The notes under the pieces: model-generated
The model's input: only the letters and a program-made list of their open reading frames with translations
Told to the model about the DNA's origin: nothing
Databases searched by the model: none
DNA from: Acutalibacteraceae bacterium
GTDB lineage: Bacteria; Bacillota; Clostridia; Oscillospirales; Acutalibacteraceae
Assembly: GCA_045598965.1 (NCBI GenBank)
Contig: JAZRVH010000005.1
Span: 1,289-65,288 of the forward strand
Length of the DNA: 64,000 nt
Reading direction: 5' to 3'
Program-made: the position numbers and the translations under genes
Part shown: positions 1 to 8,816 of the stretch, one piece after another
Numbering within the stretch: position 1 is the stretch's first letter
Layout of the letters: the number at the start of each line of letters is the position of its first letter

Positions 1-272
1 AGAGCGGTACGTTTCCATTTGGCAAGAGATTGCACAATTTCCATTTGACCGCCGAACTCCGCCAAATCAAAGGTGACTTTGCGTTCGACACCGTTAAGGT
101 CATCGTTGAGACCGCTGTCCGACCGGACAATCAGCGGAGCGGATATGCGTTCCAAATGGAGACGGTTTGCCAATTCTTTTTGGAACGTGTCTTTGATAAA
201 TTTGATGGCACGCTGGGTTTCACGTACCGACAAAGGAGTTTTGTAGTCCTTTGCCACGATAAATTCACTCAT
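1..272 (-). CDS. asnA: Aspartate--ammonia ligase (asparagine synthetase A). N-terminal part only; the gene runs off the left edge.
   Basis: Absent from the ORF track because it is truncated. Hand translation of the minus strand from the ATG at 272..270 gives MSEFIVAKDYKTPLSVRETQRAIKFIKDTFQKELANRLHLERISAPLIVRSDSGLNDDLNGVERKVTFDL..EIVQSLAKWKR. This matches the AsnA N-terminus as I recall it, including SLAKWKR. The gene starts 17 nt after the asnS stop. Confidence 0.8.
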   Translation of the reverse strand, partial: MSEFIVAKDYKTPLSVRETQRAIKFIKDTFQKELANRLHLERISAPLIVRSDSGLNDDLNGVERKVTFDLAEFGGQMEIVQSLAKWKRTA

Positions 273-289
273 GGTTACTCCGTCCTTTT

Positions 290-1663
290 TTATCGAATGG
301 AACCAACAGTACGGGGATACAGCTGGACGTCACGGATGTTTTGTACACCGGTAACGTACATGATAATGCGTTCAAGTCCCAAGCCAAAGCCGCTGTGCGG
401 CACAGAACCAAAACGACGCAGGTCAAGGTAATCTTGATACTCTTGCTCGGAGAGACCTTTGTCTTCCATGGCGGCACGAAGCATCGTAAGATCAGCCTCA
501 CGCTCACTGCAACCGATGATTTCGCCCACGCCGGGCACAAGCAAGTCGGTGGCGGCAACGGTTTTGCCGTCGGGGTTTTGTTTCATATAGAACGATTTAA
601 TGGCTTTCGGATAGTTGGTAATAAACACCGGACGTTTGCACACCTCTTCCGAGATATAGCGTTCATGCTCGGTTTGCAAATCGCAACCCCATTCCACGGG
701 ATAGCTGAATTTTACATCCGCTTTTTTCAGCATTTCGATGGCGTCGGTGTAATCCACCACGGCGAAGTCGGAAGCCACCACACCACGGAGCTTTTCGATG
801 AGGCCATTTTCAAAGAATTTGTCAAAAAACGCCATTTCGTCCGGACAGCGGTCGAGCACGGCTTTGATAATGAACTTAATCATATCCTCGGCGATTTCGA
901 TGATATCCGGAAGCTCTGCAAACGCCACTTCCGGTTCTACGTGCCAGAACTCGGCAACGTGGCGAAGCGTGTTGCTTTTTTCGGCACGGAAACTCGGGCC
1001 GAAGGTGTAAATCTTTCCGAACGCCATAGCGGCGGTTTCGCCTTCTAATTGACCGGAAACGCTAAGTCCCGCTTTTTTGCCGAAAAAGTCGTGGGCATAA
1101 TAGTCGGCTTCGTTTTCGTAGTCGTTGGAATAGCCGATGGTGGTAACTTTAAACATCTCGCCGGCACCCTCACAGTCGCTGGCAGTAAGAATAGGGGTGT
1201 GAACATAGACGTAATGGTTTTGTTGAAAATATTCGTGAATAGCGGCGGACAGCACCGAACGTATACGGAAAATGGCATTAAAGGTGTTGGTACGCACTCG
1301 CAGATGGGGCATTGCCCGCATATATTCGAGCGTTTGGCGTTTCTTTTGCAGGGGGTAATCGCTGCCGCAAACGCCGAGAACCTCCACGTCTTTGGCGTTG
1401 ATTTCCACAGCGTTATTGACCATGCCCTTTACGGCGGTTCCCACCACTTTTAAAGAGGTGCCCAGCGGCATAAAGGGGGAGATGTCCGCAAATTGGGATT
1501 TGTCTAAAACAATTTGAAGATGTTTGAGCGACGTGCCGTCGTTCAGCTCCAAAAACGCCACGTTTTTGGAATCACGAGAGGTGCGTACCCAACCGCACAC
1601 CGTCACTTGTGTGTCGATGTAGGTAGTGTCGGTGAGAATGTCTTTGATGTCCGTGTGTTTCAT
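290..1663 (-). CDS. asnS: asparagine--tRNA ligase
   Basis: 457 aa. N-terminal OB fold (VTVCGWVRTSRDSKNVAFLELNDG). Class II motifs FRAEKSNTLRHVAEFWHVEPEVAF and GFGLGLERIIMYVTG. RBS AAGGAAG lies upstream. Confidence 0.93.
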   Translation of the reverse strand: MKHTDIKDILTDTTYIDTQVTVCGWVRTSRDSKNVAFLELNDGTSLKHLQIVLDKSQFADISPFMPLGTSLKVVGTAVKGMVNNAVEINAKDVEVLGVCGSDYPLQKKRQTLEYMRAMPHLRVRTNTFNAIFRIRSVLSAAIHEYFQQNHYVYVHTPILTASDCEGAGEMFKVTTIGYSNDYENEADYYAHDFFGKKAGLSVSGQLEGETAAMAFGKIYTFGPSFRAEKSNTLRHVAEFWHVEPEVAFAELPDIIEIAEDMIKFIIKAVLDRCPDEMAFFDKFFENGLIEKLRGVVASDFAVVDYTDAIEMLKKADVKFSYPVEWGCDLQTEHERYISEEVCKRPVFITNYPKAIKSFYMKQNPDGKTVAATDLLVPGVGEIIGCSEREADLTMLRAAMEDKGLSEQEYQDYLDLRRFGSVPHSGFGLGLERIIMYVTGVQNIRDVQLYPRTVGSIR

Positions 1664-1709
1664 ACAATCGCTTCCTTTTTTATGAAAAATGAATGGGAAT
1701 CATGACAAT

Positions 1710-1968
1710 AAAAAAAGCCACTCGTCCCACGAAAGGGACGAATAGCCAAAACTATCCGCGGTGCCACCCAGTTTGCTCTAATAGAGCCGCTTTTAGGTTC
1801 ATGATAAAACCGCTCCGTTTAACGCACGGCAACGACGCCCCTACTGCCTTTGAAGGGTTCGGTTTGCAACTCGGAAGTGTTATTCGCCCGACCGCCACTG
1901 CGGACATTCCAGCATCGCCCACTCTCTTTGAGTGCGTGTTCGGGTTACTTGTCTTCGTCAATGTTTTT
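1710..1968 (-). promoter_or_regulatory. T-box leader with Asn specifier AAC and an intrinsic terminator, controlling asnS-asnA
   Basis: All motifs read on the minus strand. K-turn and GAAG lower stem. AGAGAG bulge. Specifier loop GAAUAACA followed by CUUC, with AAC at 1881..1879. T-box sequence GGGTGGCACCGCGG at 1756..1776. Terminator hairpin TCGTCCC/GGGACGA at 1722..1741 followed by a U-run at 1716..1710. Confidence 0.85.
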
Positions 1969-1981
1969 CACATATGCATCT

Positions 1982-2009
1982 ATTGTACCACGTTTCCGGA
2001 AAAAGTCAA
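1982..2009 (-). promoter_or_regulatory. Sigma-A type promoter for the asnS leader
   Basis: Minus strand: TTGACT (2009..2004), 16-nt spacer, TGgTACAAT extended -10 (-10 hexamer at 1987..1982). Confidence 0.55.
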
Positions 2010-2078
2010 GTAATTTATAGGGATAATATATAAAATATAACTCAATTTTTCTTATGCCCGAAAGTGCAAACATTATTC

Positions 2079-2111
2079 AAAAAAGCCGTTGCTTTCGCAA
2101 CGGCTTTTTTT
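2079..2111. terminator. Bidirectional intrinsic terminator downstream of the tRNA pair
   Basis: GCCGTTGC (2085..2092), loop TTTC, GCAACGGC (2097..2104). An A-run precedes it and a T-run follows. Confidence 0.75.
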
Positions 2112-2113
2112 GT

Positions 2114-2189
2114 TGGTGACCCGTACGGGATTCGAACCCATGTTGCTGGCGTGAGAGGCCAGAGTCTTAGACCACTTGACCAACGGGCC
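2114..2189 (-). tRNA. tRNA-Glu (anticodon CUC), CCA encoded
   Basis: Reverse complement is GGCCCGTTGGTCAAGTGGTCTAAGACTCTGGCCTCTCACGCCAGCAACATGGGTTCGAATCCCGTACGGGTCACCA. Anticodon stem CTGGC/GCCAG, loop CUCUCAC. GTTCGAATC T-loop. Confidence 0.9.
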
Positions 2190-2193
2190 ATAT

Positions 2194-2270
2194 TGGTACA
2201 CCATCAGGGACTCGAACCCTGGACACCCTGATTAAGAGTCAGGTGCTCTAGCCAACTGAGCTAATGGTGC
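2194..2270 (-). tRNA. tRNA-Lys (anticodon CUU), CCA encoded
   Basis: Reverse complement is GCACCATTAGCTCAGTTGGCTAGAGCACCTGACTCTTAATCAGGGTGTCCAGGGTTCGAGTCCCTGATGGTGTACCA. Anticodon loop CUCUUAA. Confidence 0.9.
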
Positions 2271-2303
2271 GTGTTCGAGACGGTTTCTCAAAACCGCCTT
2301 GTT

Positions 2304-2332
2304 ATCATAGCGTATTCAACGCCAAATGTCAA
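2304..2332 (-). promoter_or_regulatory. Sigma-A promoter for the tRNA-Lys/tRNA-Glu unit
   Basis: Minus strand: TTGACA (2332..2327), 17-nt spacer, TATGAT (2309..2304). An A/T-rich UP-like tract lies upstream. Confidence 0.6.
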
Positions 2333-2349
2333 GAGAAATTTTAATTTTT

Positions 2350-2730
2350 TTATAAAATATTCTCGACAAGGGGTAATTCCAGTCGATAAAAGGCATATAA
2401 TCGTTCCTTACAACGCAATAAAATTGCCGCATAATCGAGGGGCTCGCCCTTTTCAAGCAACGCCGGAAGCGATACCAATTCACATTCCACATCGGTGAGG
2501 GTAGAGTGGCGGGAAAAGGTAGGGAAAATGGCGGTGCGACGGTCATACTCCTTTAAGAACTCCTTGGTTGGTTCTATGGCTGCTTGCGGATTTTCGGGGT
2601 CAAATGTCTCCACTAAAGTGTCAATTTCCGTCATAAGAATTTTGGTTTGTTCACGATGATACCGAAGCGAAAGTGTACAGGATAACACCAAAACCGCTAA
2701 AATGCCAAGTGCCACATAAATTCGTTTCAT
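2350..2730 (-). CDS. DUF4363-family small membrane-anchored protein
   Basis: Start chosen at MKRIYVALGILAVLVLS (ATG 2730..2728), which overlaps the stop of the upstream DUF421 gene. One N-terminal TM segment followed by a helical domain. DUF421 followed by DUF4363 is a typical pairing. Confidence 0.65.
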   Translation of the reverse strand: MKRIYVALGILAVLVLSCTLSLRYHREQTKILMTEIDTLVETFDPENPQAAIEPTKEFLKEYDRRTAIFPTFSRHSTLTDVECELVSLPALLEKGEPLDYAAILLRCKERLYAFYRLELPLVENIL

Positions 2731-3404
2731 TTTGTGTCCTCCTGCTTTTTCATGATTGAAAAATTCCCGTCGGCGTCGGCGGTCATTAACAGCACATCCT
2801 TGAGCTTTGTGCGGTTGCGAGCAAGTGCACGTCCGACCGATGCCTTGCTCCATCCTACCGCCTGCAAGGCCCACTGGCAAAACGCACCGTCCGATACTAC
2901 CGGAAGCGGCATTTTTTCGTAGCTTTTCACCGCCAAATCGCCCTTGCAGGCAGGCTGTTTATCCGGCTTCAAAAACACGCTGATTTTTCCGTTTGTTTCA
3001 ACGATAGCGGTGTCTACCTCTTGCAAATTGAATACACCTTGCGTGCGGAGCGTATCGGTCAAATCCTCGTTGGTCAAGCGTAGACGACGTAAGATGTTTT
3101 TTAGCGGTTTTCCGTTTTTAATGACCACCATCGGGGAGCCGGAAACCAATCGTCCGAAACCGGGGCTTTTCATTCGCAGTATCGAAAAAAGTATTTCCAG
3201 TGCCACCAAAACAAAAATGGCAACAATGCCGGTAACAAGCGGTGTTCCCGGCTCTTGCATCGGAATGGCGGCAAGGTCAGCTATCAGCAGGGTGACAACA
3301 AGCTCAATGGGTTGCATATCGCCCAACTGTCGTTTGCCCATCAGTCGCATAGCGACGACAAGAGTGATGTAGATAATAACGGTGCGAATTGCGGTGACGG
3401 TCAT
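2727..3404 (-). CDS. DUF421 (YetF/YdfS-like) membrane protein
   Basis: MTVTAIRTVIIYITLVVAMRLMGKRQLGDMQPIELVVTLLIADLAA is a typical DUF421 N-terminus. Start moved to the ATG at 3404, which is preceded by AAGGAG. Confidence 0.75.
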   Translation of the reverse strand: MTVTAIRTVIIYITLVVAMRLMGKRQLGDMQPIELVVTLLIADLAAIPMQEPGTPLVTGIVAIFVLVALEILFSILRMKSPGFGRLVSGSPMVVIKNGKPLKNILRRLRLTNEDLTDTLRTQGVFNLQEVDTAIVETNGKISVFLKPDKQPACKGDLAVKSYEKMPLPVVSDGAFCQWALQAVGWSKASVGRALARNRTKLKDVLLMTADADGNFSIMKKQEDTK

Positions 3405-3494
3405 AAAAACACTCCTTTTGCTCGCTATTTTTCCCATAAAACAGCGGTTCTATTCGGATGTGCCGTCACATAGGATGTGTGTGAGGTGACCGAG

Positions 3495-4397
3495 ATGGAC
3501 AAGGCGGTAACACGGGCAACAGCATTGCTTCCCGCCCATTTGACAGAGCCGTTTAAGAAAATGTCGGATTTGCAAAGTGAAACGGTACGGGAAATTCGGC
3601 TGCGAGTAGGAACGGCATTGACGCTCTCCACCGATGCCGGCGAGCGTTTTTTACTAAAAAACGGACAACTTTCCGCTGTGCGGATGCCGACGTGTCTGTG
3701 GGTGGAAAAGGAAGATGTGCAAGAGTGTGTAAAAAGATTATGTGACTTTGCACTTCACGTTCACCAGCAGGAATTGTCCCAGGGTTATTTAACGGTAAAC
3801 GGTTGTCGAGCGGGTCTTGGTGGCAGAATTGTGGAAACGACGGCGGGAGCCCCGCTCGCTATGCGGGATATTACCTCGGTATGTCTGCGGGTTGCCCGAG
3901 AACACAGAGGATATGCCGACAAGCTTTTGCAAGCGATAGAAAGAAGCGAATCCGGCGGTATTCTTTTGTGCGGCATTCCCGGAAGCGGCAAAACCAGCTT
4001 GTTGCGAGATGTGGCACAAGGGTTATCGGTTGGCAGATTTGGGGGGCGTCGCCGTGTGGCGGTGGTAGATGAACGCTCTGAACTTATGCTGGGGGATGCT
4101 CTCTCCGATTGTGATGTGTTGTGCGGCGGCAATAAAGCGGAGGGGATAGAACGTGCCGTACGCTGTCTTTCTCCGGAATTTATCGTGTTCGATGAGTGGA
4201 CAAGCACCCGCCAAACGCAAGCGGTTTTATATGCTCTTTCCAGTGGGGTTCGTGTGGTGACCGGTGTTCATGCTCCGTCGTTTTCGTCCGTGAAATGTAA
4301 AGAATACGGGGCTTTGTTGACGAGAGAAAATTTTTCTGTTGTAGCGGAGCTTTCAAACAACCATACCTATACCATTTTAGAGGAGGAAGCAGGGTGA
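3495..4397 (+). CDS. spoIIIAA: stage III sporulation protein AA (ATPase)
   Basis: Walker A motif GIPGSGKTSLLRD. First gene of an eight-gene spoIIIA array. ATG at 3495 is preceded by GAGGTG; the ORF track starts at a GTG at 3477. Confidence 0.88.
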   Translation: MDKAVTRATALLPAHLTEPFKKMSDLQSETVREIRLRVGTALTLSTDAGERFLLKNGQLSAVRMPTCLWVEKEDVQECVKRLCDFALHVHQQELSQGYLTVNGCRAGLGGRIVETTAGAPLAMRDITSVCLRVAREHRGYADKLLQAIERSESGGILLCGIPGSGKTSLLRDVAQGLSVGRFGGRRRVAVVDERSELMLGDALSDCDVLCGGNKAEGIERAVRCLSPEFIVFDEWTSTRQTQAVLYALSSGVRVVTGVHAPSFSSVKCKEYGALLTRENFSVVAELSNNHTYTILEEEAG

Positions 4398-4897
4398 GAG
4401 TGGTTGCAATCGGGTTGTTGGCGTTGTGTGTTGCGGTGTTCGGATGGCTAAAAAGAACAACGCTCAAGCGACGAGTGGTGTTGCTCGAATCGGTGGAAAT
4501 CCTCTGTCGGCGAGTGGGAGAAGAACTTTTCTATTCAGCGTCTCCGCCACCGGAATTGTTGGCGATGCTTTCCAAGTCATCGGCATTGCGTGAGCTCACG
4601 TTTTTAACTAAATTTCAATCGGTAGAGCCCGCCGAGTTTCATATGGTATGGCGGCAGGAAATTGCCGCATTTTCTGCCGAAAACGGCTTGGATAAAGAAA
4701 CGACCGCCTTGCTCTCGGACTTTGGCGAAGGGCTTGGCACCACCGATTTGCAAGGACAAAAGGCTCACTGTGAGGCGTATGCCGCCCGATTTTCGAGACA
4801 AAAGGACGAAGCCGATGTCGCCTATGCGGAAAAGGGACGACTCTATGTGTCTCTTGGCGGCATTGGAGCGGCGGCGGTGGCGTTGATTTTGATATAA
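4394..4897 (+). CDS. spoIIIAB: stage III sporulation protein AB
   Basis: 167 aa, with N-terminal and C-terminal TM segments. GTGA overlap with spoIIIAA. Call rests on position and size. Confidence 0.8.
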   Translation: MRVVAIGLLALCVAVFGWLKRTTLKRRVVLLESVEILCRRVGEELFYSASPPPELLAMLSKSSALRELTFLTKFQSVEPAEFHMVWRQEIAAFSAENGLDKETTALLSDFGEGLGTTDLQGQKAHCEAYAARFSRQKDEADVAYAEKGRLYVSLGGIGAAAVALILI

Positions 4898-4917
4898 ACC
4901 GGCGAGGAGGCAGAAAG

Positions 4918-5115
4918 ATGGACGTGGATTTAATTTTTAAGGTGGCGGCAGTGGGCATTATTGTGGCTGTTCTCAATTTGGTGTTGACCCGTGCCGGTAG
5001 GGAGGAGCAGGCGATGCTTACCACGCTTGCGGGGCTTATTGTGGTGTTGACAATGATGGTGAAAGAAATCGCTGCATTATTTTCGGTTATAAAAGAGGTG
5101 TTTCAGCTGGGATGA
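4918..5115 (+). CDS. spoIIIAC: stage III sporulation protein AC
   Basis: 65-aa two-TM protein (VAAVGIIVAVLNLVLTRAGREEQA). Position in the operon supports the call. Confidence 0.85.
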   Translation: MDVDLIFKVAAVGIIVAVLNLVLTRAGREEQAMLTTLAGLIVVLTMMVKEIAALFSVIKEVFQLG

Positions 5116-5513
5116 CAACGGCGGCAATCGTAGGGGTCCTTTTGGCGGCCGCAATGGTCAGCCTACTTTTGAAAAGTCAGCGACCGGAGTTGGGAATGGC
5201 GGTGACGGTTTTAACCTCCATCCTCGTGCTTCGAGAGCTGTTTTTGCGATTATCGCCTCTGCTTTCCACGGCGAAAACGCTGTTTGACGGACTTCCGCTT
5301 TCTTGGGAATACGGAAGTATCCTATTGAAAGGGCTCGGCGTTTGTTTGTTGACGCAAACGGCGGCGGATTCTTGCCGGGATGCCGGAGAAACCGCCCTTG
5401 CCGGCAAAGCGGAGCTGACAGGTAAAATCACTTTACTCGCTATGTCTGTGCCGTTGTTTGAAAAAGTGGCAATGTTGGCGGCCGTTATGATAAACGGAGA
5501 GGGAATTGGTTAA
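5112..5513 (+). CDS. spoIIIAD: stage III sporulation protein AD
   Basis: 133-aa polytopic protein. ATGA overlap with spoIIIAC. Contains the AADSCRDAGETALAGK motif region. Confidence 0.85.
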   Translation: MTTAAIVGVLLAAAMVSLLLKSQRPELGMAVTVLTSILVLRELFLRLSPLLSTAKTLFDGLPLSWEYGSILLKGLGVCLLTQTAADSCRDAGETALAGKAELTGKITLLAMSVPLFEKVAMLAAVMINGEGIG

Positions 5514-5516
5514 AAA

Positions 5517-6677
5517 ATGACAGAAAAGACCCGACACACGGTTTGGATTCGCCTCGGATATATTTTGCTTGTATCGTTGATATTATGCCGTTTTCTGATA
5601 TTATTCTCGGTGGCAGAGGAGAGGGATATATACGACGAACAGTGGCAGGCAAGCGGAGCAAAAGAACTGATAGATTCCCTGCCGGACGAAACGAAAGAGT
5701 TTCTTTCAGATTTGGGGATAGAGGAATTTGAACTGTCAAGCATATCGACTTTACAGCCGAATTCTGCCGCCCGATTTGTTTTATCGGTTGCCGATCGTCA
5801 AAAATCGGTTCCACTTTCGGTTTTGGGTGTGCTTTTAGGGACACTTTTGCTGTGTTGTATTCTAAACGGAATGCAAAAATTACCTCATGAGGAGATGCTT
5901 TCCTCCACCTATAAAACGGTGGGGGTGTTGGCGGTTTGTACAGCGTTATTTTTACCGCTGTGTAATTGTATCAAAAACGCACAAGAAGCGATGGAAAGTG
6001 TTTTTGTATTTATGGGGAGCTTTGTGCCGGTGTATGGTGCGGCGTTAATATCCTCCGGAAATCCTACGGTGGCTTTATCTTTTCAGTCGGTTGTGTTGTT
6101 TGTGGCAGAAGGGATGACAGCGGTGTTATCCAATGCGGTCACACCGCTTTTAACGGTATCGCTGGGACTGTGTGCGGCGGGCGGTATAGACGATACCTTT
6201 CCGCTGTGGTCTATCAGCCGCTTTCTCAACAGAATTTGCACGTGGACGCTCGGCTTTTTTTGTACGGTGTTTGTGGGTATGTTGTCCTTGCAAACCCTTG
6301 TAGGAACACGGGCGGACGGGGTTGCTATTCGTGCGGTTCGGTTTTCGCTTGCCAACCTGGTTCCGGTTATCGGTAATGCAGTCAGCGAGGCGTTCGGAAC
6401 AGTACAAAACTGCCTTTTATTGTTGCGTACAACGCTGGGCGGTGTAGGCGTGATGGTTACCGGAATTATGTTGTTACCGCCGCTTTTGCAATGCGGATGG
6501 TGGGCGTTGCTCTTAACTCTCTGTGCCGCCGTGGCGGAAACTTTGTCTTTTTCGTCGCTTTCGGGTCTGTTGAAATTGTCGGCAGATGTGGTCAAAACGC
6601 TGGCGGGGATTTTGGTGTGCAGTGGATTGTTTCTCATTCTTTCTTTGACAGTGGTGGCACTGGCAGTAAACGGGTAA
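5517..6677 (+). CDS. spoIIIAE: stage III sporulation protein AE
   Basis: 386-aa polytopic membrane protein in the fifth position of the operon. Confidence 0.85.
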   Translation: MTEKTRHTVWIRLGYILLVSLILCRFLILFSVAEERDIYDEQWQASGAKELIDSLPDETKEFLSDLGIEEFELSSISTLQPNSAARFVLSVADRQKSVPLSVLGVLLGTLLLCCILNGMQKLPHEEMLSSTYKTVGVLAVCTALFLPLCNCIKNAQEAMESVFVFMGSFVPVYGAALISSGNPTVALSFQSVVLFVAEGMTAVLSNAVTPLLTVSLGLCAAGGIDDTFPLWSISRFLNRICTWTLGFFCTVFVGMLSLQTLVGTRADGVAIRAVRFSLANLVPVIGNAVSEAFGTVQNCLLLLRTTLGGVGVMVTGIMLLPPLLQCGWWALLLTLCAAVAETLSFSSLSGLLKLSADVVKTLAGILVCSGLFLILSLTVVALAVNG

Positions 6678-6692
6678 AGAAGGTGGAAGAAA

Positions 6693-7172
6693 ATGGATGT
6701 CATTCGTCGTTGGGCGGTTGGGCTTTGCTTTGCTGCCCTCGGGGGAACGATTTTACGTCGTATGGCACCGGAAAAGGGAACCGGTACCGTGTTTCGTGTG
6801 TTGTTGTCGGCGTTTTTCATTCTGTTGTTTTTCACACCGTTTCTCACGCCGTTTTCCCTCTCGCAATGGTCATTTTCGGAGTGGGGACTTCCCGAGCTGT
6901 CCACCTCATTGCTCGAAGAAACGGTTGAACGGCGTCTTGCCGAATCTGTGAAATCCGCCGCCTCGGATGTGGTAAATACTACCCTATCGGCTCAGGGAAT
7001 TACAGCACAAAAAATTGAGGTTACGACGGATACCACACAAGACGGAAGCATATACATAGAGCGAATTGACGTGTGGTTGTCCTCACGATACAGCGGAAAA
7101 AAAGCACGGGCGAGAGAAATTCTTGAAAAACGACTTGAAACAACGGTTTCCATAAAGGAGGTGGGGGAATGA
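6693..7172 (+). CDS. spoIIIAF: stage III sporulation protein AF
   Basis: 159 aa, two N-terminal TM segments plus a soluble domain. Call rests on operon position. Confidence 0.78.
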   Translation: MDVIRRWAVGLCFAALGGTILRRMAPEKGTGTVFRVLLSAFFILLFFTPFLTPFSLSQWSFSEWGLPELSTSLLEETVERRLAESVKSAASDVVNTTLSAQGITAQKIEVTTDTTQDGSIYIERIDVWLSSRYSGKKARAREILEKRLETTVSIKEVGE

Positions 7173-7648
7173 CGCTATCGGATTCCAATTCGCCGAAAGA
7201 GGCAACGCCATCCACACGACCGACGTTTGCGGCGTGGATTTGTTCGGATAAGGCCCGTAAACTGATTGTGCTTGCGGGACTACTCGGAATGGTGCTTTTG
7301 CTGTTATCTGTGCTGTTTGACAATTCCTCTGCGGCACCGTTGGATGCCGACGTCTCGTCCGAGGATTATGCGACGGAAATGGAGACAAAACTGCACGATT
7401 TGCTTCTTTGCGTTGACGGTGTAACCGACTGTCGGGTGCTCATTACACTTGAAAACGGAAATCGTGTTGTGTATGCGAACGGGGGAAAAGAACCGCTGAC
7501 CGAATGCGAGCCAACCGTGCGTGGCGTGGTGGTGGTTGTCAACGGTGCTGTGGATGAGACGGTGGAAAATGAGGTCAAACATGTGGTAAAGACGGCACTT
7601 CACTTAGCGGAAAAGCGGGTGTGTGTTGTGGCAAATACAACAAACTAA
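7169..7648 (+). CDS. spoIIIAG: stage III sporulation protein AG
   Basis: 159 aa, one TM segment plus a ring-building domain (VRGVVVVVNGAVDETVENEVKHVV). ATGA overlap with spoIIIAF. Confidence 0.82.
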   Translation: MTLSDSNSPKEATPSTRPTFAAWICSDKARKLIVLAGLLGMVLLLLSVLFDNSSAAPLDADVSSEDYATEMETKLHDLLLCVDGVTDCRVLITLENGNRVVYANGGKEPLTECEPTVRGVVVVVNGAVDETVENEVKHVVKTALHLAEKRVCVVANTTN

Positions 7649-7669
7649 ATCGAGAAAGGGCGAGCAAGT

Positions 7670-8233
7670 ATGAAACATTGGTTGGGCAAAAAACAGGTGA
7701 TTTTCGGGGTGTTGGTGGTGGCACTCGGATTGGCGGTGTATCTGAACTATCATTTTGCGACACAAGCACCGCTTCCGACGGCCGGAAAAACGACAACAAC
7801 GACCACTGCTAAAAATTTGGGGGATTCCAAGTTCGTGGGGGCAACTCTTGCCGCCGACAAAACCAAATTGACAACAAAGACGACGGCGGAATACTTTTCC
7901 TCTGCCCGCAAAAATCGCACAGCGGCACGAGACGAAGCGGTGGAGATTATTGAGGATATCCTCGCACAACCCACCGTTACGGATGAGCTGTCAAAGCAGG
8001 CATCCGCAAAGCTTGCAGAGTTGACCGATGCCATCAAACAAGAAAGCGATATCGAAACTCTGCTTGCCGCAAAAGGATTTTCGGAGAGTCTCGTTTTTAT
8101 TGATGGAGATACGGCTCACGTGACGGTGCGTTCTCCAAAATTGACCGCCGAGCAAACAGTTCAAATTTTGGATGTTGTCACGTCTCATACGTCTGTTTTG
8201 GCGGAAAAAGTGAATATTGTGGCAATAAAGTGA
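7670..8233 (+). CDS. spoIIIAH: stage III sporulation protein AH
   Basis: 187 aa, N-terminal TM segment plus a YscJ/FliF-like C-terminal domain. Last gene of the operon. Confidence 0.8.
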   Translation: MKHWLGKKQVIFGVLVVALGLAVYLNYHFATQAPLPTAGKTTTTTTAKNLGDSKFVGATLAADKTKLTTKTTAEYFSSARKNRTAARDEAVEIIEDILAQPTVTDELSKQASAKLAELTDAIKQESDIETLLAAKGFSESLVFIDGDTAHVTVRSPKLTAEQTVQILDVVTSHTSVLAEKVNIVAIK

Positions 8234-8264
8234 AAAAAATATGCAAAAAAATAGTAAAAATGGG

Positions 8265-8292
8265 TTGCTCTACGCAAAGTTTGTGCTATAAT
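8265..8292 (+). promoter_or_regulatory. Sigma-A promoter with extended -10, upstream of the asp23-family gene
   Basis: TTGCTC (8265..8270), 16-nt spacer, TGcTATAAT (TATAAT at 8287..8292). Confidence 0.55.
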
Positions 8293-8358
8293 ATAAGAAA
8301 ATGATTACGTGCGTAATCATATTCCCGCCGGTATCGGCGATTATGGAGGTATTTTGCA

Positions 8359-8736
8359 ATGAGCGAATTGTTTAACGTACCGCAAAGCGGTGACTGCATT
8401 ATTTCGGACGATGTGATTATCACCATCACCATTTCCGCTGCGTTAGAGGTGGCGGGCGTGGCGTCGATGGCACCTCGTGGCGTGAAGCTCGGAAACGGCA
8501 AGCCCGAAAAAGCGGTGAAAGTCACTACCGAAAACGACGAAATCACACTGGATGTTCACTTGAACCTCTATGCTCACTGCCGCATTCCGGATGTGTGCTC
8601 TCAGGTCCAAAAATGCGTGAAAAACGAAGTGCAGGATATGACCGGAAAACCGGTTACGAAAATCAACGTCCACGTGGACGGTGTTGTGTTCGAAGACGGT
8701 GCAAAGGAAGAAGCCCCGGCTCAGGACGCAGAATAA
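8359..8736 (+). CDS. Asp23/Gls24-family envelope stress protein
   Basis: 125 aa. ISDDVIITITISAALEVAGVASM is typical of the Asp23 family. It occupies the same position as yqhY in the Bacillus spoIIIA-nusB region. Confidence 0.85.
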   Translation: MSELFNVPQSGDCIISDDVIITITISAALEVAGVASMAPRGVKLGNGKPEKAVKVTTENDEITLDVHLNLYAHCRIPDVCSQVQKCVKNEVQDMTGKPVTKINVHVDGVVFEDGAKEEAPAQDAE

Positions 8737-8816
8737 TTAAGAACGGATGCCCTCCCTGTTTTTTGGCGGAGGGTTTTTCCGCGTAGTTTCAAAAACGATG
8801 CGGAGGAGGAAAAGCG

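Noticed and set aside
3440-3476. Sigma-E type promoter upstream of spoIIIAA (CATAGGAT as a -10 element)
   Set aside because: The match to the CATACAnT / ATA(-35) consensus is weak and the spacing is ambiguous. It is expected biologically but is not supported well enough by sequence alone.
8737-8816. Terminator or attenuator between the asp23-family gene and nusB (CCCTCC..GGAGGG plus a T-run at about 8749..8778)
   Set aside because: The stem is only 6 bp and the loop is long and U-rich. It may be a weak terminator, but the evidence is insufficient to list it as a feature.
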